DNA of 64,000 bases. Origin: Candidatus Sumerlaeales bacterium (GTDB taxonomy: Bacteria > Sumerlaeota > Sumerlaeia > Sumerlaeales > Sumerlaeaceae). Within the stretch, counting starts at the first letter, position 1; the number at the start of each line of letters is the position of its first letter. Where the stretch lies: positions 33,445-97,444 of the forward strand of contig JBBSQY010000007.1 of assembly GCA_038243585.1 (NCBI GenBank), in the 5' to 3' direction. Shown here one piece after another: positions 58,190 to 64,000 of this stretch. The notes under the pieces are model-generated. The model was not told the DNA's origin, made no database searches, and saw nothing but the letters and a program-made list of their open reading frames with translations. The position numbers and the translations under genes are program-made.

Positions 58190-59763
58190 TTAGCTACGAG
58201 TTTCGCTTTGGGTTCGGGCGCTGGTTCATCTTCTTGAAACTCCCGCGGACCTGCGCGCCGGGGTATACCCGTAATCAGACCGACGTAATCCGTCCGTCGC
58301 GGATGAATGACCACGACGCCCTTGTCTGTGATCACATACTCGCGGATGTCCTTGCTGTGGTTTCCCCCGCGCATTTTAATCACCATCATAATCTTTCGCA
58401 GCTGACCGTCGATCTCCACATAACGCATTCGTAAAATGTCGTCAGTGAGAAACGAAATCGTATAATTGCTAAACGGCAGCGCGGTAAAAGTATCTTCCAC
58501 CTCGACCGTGCTGATAATTGTCACGCCGGCGCCCGTCAGCGCTCCGATCATCCGGTAGAGGGATTCGCGGAAGTCGGTGCGAAATCCCGGCGCCAGCGCC
58601 ATTTCAAATCCGACCAGCGAATCGATGACCAGACGTTTCGCCCCCACTCGTTCAACAGCGTCCAATATCTCCTGCATCGTTTCATCGACTGACAGGTCGA
58701 GCGGGCGAAGATACAGGATTTCGAGAGTTCCCTTTTCCTGCGGCGTTTTAAGATCCAGCCCAAAATTGTCCGCGCGATTCGTATATCCTGGCGGGCGTTC
58801 TTCGAAGATTGCCATAATCCCGGATTCGCCGTTACGCAAACCTTCAGCAATAAATTGCGTAGCCAGCGCAGACTTACCCGTGCCAGAAGGTCCTGCGATC
58901 AAAAGGCTGTCGCCTTCCCGAATCCCCCCGCCCATCATTTCGTCGAGGTCGGGTATGCCAATGGAAAGCTTTCGCCCGCGCAATGGTTTCGTTTTTTTCC
59001 CCACCAGACCCAACGTCCGCGAAAACGCCTGTAATCCGTCGTCGCCTATCCGGATGGTATGCAGCCCCGGCACCGATCCCTGCCCGCGCAGCTTCAAGAT
59101 CTGTAGCTTGCGGACAACGGAATTTCTCTCCACTACCTGCGAAAGCCAGTAAATGCCGTCGACGATAGTGAACAGGGGGTTATCCCGAATCTCGTCCCGT
59201 TCATACTCGCCCACCAGAAAAGTCGTCGCTTCCCAGCTGGTAAGAAATTGCGCCAGGCCCTGGATAAACGTCTGCATCTCCACTTCGCTTGCGCCGGCTA
59301 CCGCCCGGCGCATCACTGTGCGAAACGAATCCACGACTACGACACTCGGATTGGCCTCGGTAACCTGCTGAATGATCGACTGTAACACAGCGCCGAGATC
59401 CTGTTTCATGACCACTTCGCTCAGGTTTCTGAAATGGATGGCCGTGCCTAGCTTCGACTCGTCGAAAAAAGAGAACTGCTGCTGATACCGCAGCATCTTG
59501 ATGGCGGGCTCACCGAGTACGGTAAAATAAAGAGCCGGTTTCTTTTCTGTCGCGTTGGCAAAAATGATTTGATGCGCCATCGTCGTCTTACCGCAACCGG
59601 GCGTGCCGGCAATAATGTTAAAAGAAAATTCCGGAATTCCGCCGCCCAGGATATCGTCAAGACCCCGTACTCCGGATGGAATCTTTTTAATAATAACTTT
59701 AGACGGCAGACGGTCCGCAGCATGGGCCGGCTTGCCGTCAGCCGATTTGTCTTGTTTTTTCAT
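58186..59763 (-). CDS. KaiC-like/RAD55 double-domain ATPase
   Basis: Two RecA-fold domains: GTPGCGKT/VVDS/KLRG and GPSGTGKS/FEE/VIDS/KMRG. Confidence 0.92.
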   Translation of the reverse strand: MKKQDKSADGKPAHAADRLPSKVIIKKIPSGVRGLDDILGGGIPEFSFNIIAGTPGCGKTTMAHQIIFANATEKKPALYFTVLGEPAIKMLRYQQQFSFFDESKLGTAIHFRNLSEVVMKQDLGAVLQSIIQQVTEANPSVVVVDSFRTVMRRAVAGASEVEMQTFIQGLAQFLTSWEATTFLVGEYERDEIRDNPLFTIVDGIYWLSQVVERNSVVRKLQILKLRGQGSVPGLHTIRIGDDGLQAFSRTLGLVGKKTKPLRGRKLSIGIPDLDEMMGGGIREGDSLLIAGPSGTGKSALATQFIAEGLRNGESGIMAIFEERPPGYTNRADNFGLDLKTPQEKGTLEILYLRPLDLSVDETMQEILDAVERVGAKRLVIDSLVGFEMALAPGFRTDFRESLYRMIGALTGAGVTIISTVEVEDTFTALPFSNYTISFLTDDILRMRYVEIDGQLRKIMMVIKMRGGNHSKDIREYVITDKGVVVIHPRRTDYVGLITGIPRRAGPREFQEDEPAPEPKAKLVAK

Positions 59764-60194
59764 TGTTTTTCTGTGTCCTCAAAACTCGAAGCATCGAGTG
59801 GAAAGTTTGGCCAGATCTGGCTCACGAGATTCATCGTTAAAGTCACTCCAATAAAAGCGACCAGCAGTCCCAGCAACTGGGTGAGCATTGCGACTTTCCC
59901 ATCAGCCTGCTCATCCGGCGTTTGTTGAAGAAGAGCTTCATCTAAACCCTCAAAAGATCCATCCGGATTTAAACGTATCGTCTGAAGCCAGCCAGCTTCC
60001 TCCTTGGCCAAAACCTGTGAACGCGCAAGCAGTGCATGAAATCCTGCCGCTCCCATCAGATGTGTCAGCGGCGAGCGTAGCCTCTCACAGGCGAAAAAGC
60101 AAGACGTGCGGTCATCATTATTTTTGTTTTCGATGGCATCAAACTCAATAAGGCGTTCTGCCAGACCGTGTAAATTGGAAGTCGAATGGCTCAC
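59760..60194 (-). CDS. Small helical hypothetical protein translationally coupled to the KaiC-like gene
   Basis: ATGA overlap with the KaiC-like start; LMGAAGFHALLARS...WL...LLVAFIG..LT..LV..IWP. Confidence 0.75.
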   Translation of the reverse strand: MSHSTSNLHGLAERLIEFDAIENKNNDDRTSCFFACERLRSPLTHLMGAAGFHALLARSQVLAKEEAGWLQTIRLNPDGSFEGLDEALLQQTPDEQADGKVAMLTQLLGLLVAFIGVTLTMNLVSQIWPNFPLDASSFEDTEKQ

Positions 60195-60452
60195 CTGGAA
60201 ACAGCTGTCAACGAGAGCGGGCGGGGAGACAACAGGGTCGCTCGCCGCAGGCGGTGACAGCAGGCCGACGCAAATTGCGACAGGGGACCAGTTCGCTTTA
60301 TTTTATGAGGCATAGGCATATAAGTTACCACTACCATGAGCATTCTGATAAATTACGGCTGACGCAAGGACTAAAGAGTGAAGCTCAATCAACTTAACCC
60401 GCCCAACCTGGAATCTTACTTTGACGGTTAACGTCGGTTTATAGGATAGGTA

Positions 60453-62399
60453 TTAATAGTATCTGCCCGCCAGGTACACATCCTCGGCCACGGTCAGGTA
60501 AGATAATGCTTCGTTCGTGATGTTGCGCGTGTCTTGATGGGACTCTTCGCCCACCTCGCCGCCGGTTACCGTCTGGTCAAAATTGAACAGCTTCGGCTTT
60601 TGCTGAGGGCGGAGCATGAGCGCCTTATCTCCGCGCACATAAGCATAGGCGCCGTAATAATGCATCAGGGCGGCACCCTCATCAGCGCGTATGCTTAGCA
60701 GATCGCGGCCAAAACCCATATAGCGGCTGTCACCACCCAGCAGGGCCGCTAGCGTGGGAAGCACATCAAGCTGTGAGCCCAGCGTGTCTATTCGGCGTGG
60801 CTCAAAACCCTCTAGCCCGGGTGCCAGGATGAGTAACGGGATATGAAACCGCTCTACCGGCACCAGTCCTCGACCGTGTACCGCGCTGCCGTGATCAGCC
60901 ACAAATACGAATACGGTGTTCTCCCACTGAGGCAATTGCCGTGCTTTTTCGATGAACTGCCCCATGGCAAAATCGGCATACTGGAAGGTGCTCTCGATGT
61001 CACTTTTTGGATAGATGGGGTCGATTTTGTCCGGTGGCCAGGTGTATGGCCGGTGGTTTGATATGGTCAGAAAGAAGCCAAACAACGGGTTGTCAGGAGT
61101 ACGGGTGGCAAGATCTGCAAGCACTGCATCGTACAGGTTTTCATCCGAGTGGCCCCAGTTGGTGGTCCATACCGGGTCTTTGACGTCGTGCTGTTCAAAG
61201 GTGGAATCGAAACCGTTTGATAGCATGAAACCGCTCATGTTGTCAAACGATGCATCCCCACCGTAATAGAACTTCGTATCGTAACCGCGCTGTTTGAAAA
61301 ACCTGGCAGCCGTAAAGGTGTGTCCGTGGCTGCGCTGGCGCTTGATTGTGCTGACACCAGGCAAGGGAGGAAGGCCGCACAAAACGGCTTCTATGCCGCG
61401 GGCGGTGCGATCGCCATTGGCATACATGCGAGTAAACAGCAGCCCATCTTCGGCCAGTCTGTCGAAGTGTGGCGATACCCCTCGCGGTGAACCAAGCGAC
61501 CCGATGTGTGCTGCGGCGTGGCTTTCCATCAGCACCATAATTACATTAGGTCGCGCTTGGACACCGGGGCGATGATCTATTCGATCCAGTGCATTTCGTG
61601 GATCGGGGGAGAATTCGATTGTGTCCGTTTTCAATATCGAGCGCAGGCGTTCTCTCGTCTTGTCGATATCCTGTTTTTTAAACAGCGTACCCACGCGCCC
61701 GCCGCGATGCCACTCATCATAGAAAATGCGGATGAGCTGATAATAGCCGTTAGCCGCCAGTTGATTGATGATCTTGGAGTTGGTGAATTCAATAAAGTTA
61801 ATGCCGATGGGGCGATGCTTCAGACCGCGGCAACCCGCGACGATCCACGCCAGTCCCAGCACGCTTTGCAGTATTAACGCCCACCAGGGGTTATCAAAAT
61901 CTGCAGCCCACCGCAGTAAACCCCACGATGTAAACAGCAGCGCCGCCACCGCCGCAGCGACACCGAGACCAGCGCGTACAACAGGGTAATCATGCCAGAT
62001 CATACCAGTGATTTCGCCCTTGCCGGGGCGCATGTACTCGATAGCTATCTGGTTAAACTTCGCACCGTATTCGTTGTAATAATAAAACTCGGCCACGCTG
62101 CCAAATACCAGGGTGGTAAAGATTATGCCAAGCCAGACGAGCAGGCCAATGACAACAGGCGTGCTGTCGAACAGGGCATCAGGCAAACCGCACACAATGA
62201 ACAGCATCGGAAACAGCAGATAGCCGGATACGATCCAGTCGACCCGCAAGCCGATAAAAAAAGCGCGCCGAAGCGCGCCGGGTGCAGCATGAGAAAACCT
62301 GTCGCGATGGCCTAGGTAAACGGCATAGCGTGACATGGAAAAGATCATTATAATCAACAGCTGAACGAAAAGAAGCACAGCTAAACGGGTGAAAAACAT
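60453..62399 (-). CDS. LTA synthase / phosphoglycerol transferase (MdoB-like) family protein
   Basis: About five TM helices; NVIMVLMES, RTARG (Thr nucleophile), SNHRPY and ADHG motifs. Confidence 0.9.
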   Translation of the reverse strand: MFFTRLAVLLFVQLLIIMIFSMSRYAVYLGHRDRFSHAAPGALRRAFFIGLRVDWIVSGYLLFPMLFIVCGLPDALFDSTPVVIGLLVWLGIIFTTLVFGSVAEFYYYNEYGAKFNQIAIEYMRPGKGEITGMIWHDYPVVRAGLGVAAAVAALLFTSWGLLRWAADFDNPWWALILQSVLGLAWIVAGCRGLKHRPIGINFIEFTNSKIINQLAANGYYQLIRIFYDEWHRGGRVGTLFKKQDIDKTRERLRSILKTDTIEFSPDPRNALDRIDHRPGVQARPNVIMVLMESHAAAHIGSLGSPRGVSPHFDRLAEDGLLFTRMYANGDRTARGIEAVLCGLPPLPGVSTIKRQRSHGHTFTAARFFKQRGYDTKFYYGGDASFDNMSGFMLSNGFDSTFEQHDVKDPVWTTNWGHSDENLYDAVLADLATRTPDNPLFGFFLTISNHRPYTWPPDKIDPIYPKSDIESTFQYADFAMGQFIEKARQLPQWENTVFVFVADHGSAVHGRGLVPVERFHIPLLILAPGLEGFEPRRIDTLGSQLDVLPTLAALLGGDSRYMGFGRDLLSIRADEGAALMHYYGAYAYVRGDKALMLRPQQKPKLFNFDQTVTGGEVGEESHQDTRNITNEALSYLTVAEDVYLAGRYY

Positions 62400-62567
62400 A
62401 TGTTGCCTCTGGCAGCCGGATCAAAGTGAGAAATGTGAGAGCGAACACACAGACAACGCATCAATGTTTTTGTTGTACCTCGGGTGCAGAAAATGCCAAG
62501 GCGCTTTTTGATTTTAGCCGGTGATTAATCCCTTTTCATAGTCCAACCAGGTGCGCCGTTGCCGAAT

Positions 62568-63524
62568 CTATCTTCGCGGGAACATATCTGGGTTGTCGGT
62601 AAAGAGCGCGTCAATACCGTTATCGTAGAGATAATGGGCCATCTCGGCGCGCAGATCGGTAAAGCCTTCGGCCTTGTCTGCTGGTCGAAAGGTGTAAGGC
62701 ATGACCTTGATGCCAGCGGCGTGGGCGGCGTCTACGAACTCTTTGGTGGCATCGGTTTTGTATGGGCCAATCCACTCGAACTTCAGTTTTTTTGCAGTCT
62801 TAATGTCGCCCATTACATCCTTCACGCGCTTGGATCGCAGCCAGAGCTCTGGCAGGTCTATACCGTTTTTACGCAAAGCGAGCATGCGGTCGTGGTGAAA
62901 GCATTGCATGACTATTGGGGTGTTTGGGTCGGCGCCGCGCTTATCCAGTCCATTTTTGCGGAGCGTGTCGGCTACCATTTTCTCCATGTCAAAGCCCAGC
63001 TTCTTGTATTCGGGGAGGCTTTTGATTTCCGGGCAGAGTCCAGCTTTGCCTCGAATGGCGTCGATGGCCTCTTGCCAGGTGGGGATGGTGGTTGCGGGAA
63101 ACTGGCCGTCCGTTCGTGAACCGGCTTTGAGTTGCTTTATCTCTGCCATGGTAAACTTATGAATTGGCCAGGTTTTTACCATTTTGCCGCCGACTGTTTT
63201 TTCTTCAAACCGGTCAGGAAACACGTCTTCGATGTTGGTGGTGGCTTCGAGAGAGACGTCGTGTATACAAACCAGGATGCCGTCCTTGGTGATGTTCAGA
63301 TCCTGCTCGACCAGATCAGCGCCTTGTTTAATGGCCAGCATGTAGGCGGGTATGGTGTTTTCTGGCGCGTAGGATGATGCTCCGCGATGGGCGACAAGGA
63401 TCTTATTATGGACGGGGCGATCAGGCTTCATGGTCGCTGTAATGGTTGCCCAGGTGTCGGATGGCAACACAGCGGCTGCTCCGCCCGCAATGCTTAAGGA
63501 TTTCAAGAACGAACGACGATTCAT
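62568..63524 (-). CDS. Tat-exported glycerophosphodiester phosphodiesterase
   Basis: NRRSFLK Tat motif; AHRGAS..APENT, EQD, IHD and FTDNPD motifs. Confidence 0.92.
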   Translation of the reverse strand: MNRRSFLKSLSIAGGAAAVLPSDTWATITATMKPDRPVHNKILVAHRGASSYAPENTIPAYMLAIKQGADLVEQDLNITKDGILVCIHDVSLEATTNIEDVFPDRFEEKTVGGKMVKTWPIHKFTMAEIKQLKAGSRTDGQFPATTIPTWQEAIDAIRGKAGLCPEIKSLPEYKKLGFDMEKMVADTLRKNGLDKRGADPNTPIVMQCFHHDRMLALRKNGIDLPELWLRSKRVKDVMGDIKTAKKLKFEWIGPYKTDATKEFVDAAHAAGIKVMPYTFRPADKAEGFTDLRAEMAHYLYDNGIDALFTDNPDMFPRR

Positions 63525-63795
63525 AATAAGGCTCCTGTTTATAAGTTGAGTGAGATGAGTGGGCTCGCGTTACTAGCTATCGACAAACGAAAAGTTGAAT
63601 CTCTGAAAGATAAGCCAACACGGCCTCAGCGTATTAGTTTGGATGACCTCCCTGTGTAGCTCCATGCTCTCAGCATGGTCAAAAAAACCTGCAGTTTCTC
63701 ATCATATTGTGTTTGATTTGCCATGATTGGCTAGCCCAAATAAAAACCTCTACAAATATTTTTCCCCAACGCTTTCAAATTATGTCTCTCTTTAA

Positions 63796-64000
63796 ATGGA
63801 GCCTTCATTGCCAAACCTTAATTCTCAATTGCGCCTGTTGTCACGGATCAGCCTTATTGTTATCGTTGGATTTTCAATAGCCTCGACGGACGTCAACGCT
63901 CAGGATGTCTCTAGCCAATGGACTTTTATGAAGGGGTCAACGAAGGTTTATGATCCAGGCTTCGGTGTAAAAGGCGTAGCGAGCGTGCAGAATACCCCCA
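63796..64000 (+). CDS. Secreted kelch/beta-propeller-like protein (partial, runs off the right edge)
   Basis: Open frame MEPSLPNLNSQLRLLSRISLIVIVGFSIASTDVNAQDVSSQWTFMKGSTKVYDPGFGVKGVASVQNTP; WTFMKG...G.KG.AS..NTP resembles kelch-repeat units. Start uncertain. Confidence 0.5.
   Translation, partial: MEPSLPNLNSQLRLLSRISLIVIVGFSIASTDVNAQDVSSQWTFMKGSTKVYDPGFGVKGVASVQNTP

Noticed and set aside
58186..59763. True circadian clock kaiC
   Set aside because: No kaiA or kaiB adjacent, the T432-equivalent is missing and the first domain's EE motif is altered.

Overview
Bacterial chromosomal window, gene-dense, moderate GC. Taxonomy cannot be fixed from sequence alone; the C-terminal DWQLY tag on secreted proteins recalls Ca. 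Sumerlaeota/BRC1 (from memory, unverified). The first ~3.4 kb is the end of an element integrated at tRNA-Ala(CGC). It carries an AlpA/Xis-like gene and two tandem paralogous tyrosine recombinases, and the second reads through the att site and stops inside the tRNA. The rest is mostly housekeeping and envelope genes: DsbD-like protein, recA, nagA, dinD, tandem-domain thyX, sigma54 response regulator, HARP+UvsW-like helicase, ytfT/yjfF-like permeases, alpha-2-macroglobulin, aceE/aceF, murI, lipoate ligase, sppA, YciI/ECF42 sigma, arylsulfatase with an unclassified glycosidase, a small protein-KaiC-like ATPase-hybrid kinase operon, an LTA-synthase-family protein and a GDPD. Seven copies of a GTAG-type REP are dispersed through the window. 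Strongest leads: a shared C-terminal DWQLY tag on two unrelated secreted proteins (candidate sorting signal), the dual-integrase module with an att-switched C-terminus, the KaiC-like signalling operon, a split-motif ThyX, and a frameshifted YQQP-repeat secreted protein. All family calls come from motif recognition by eye; no database searches were run.
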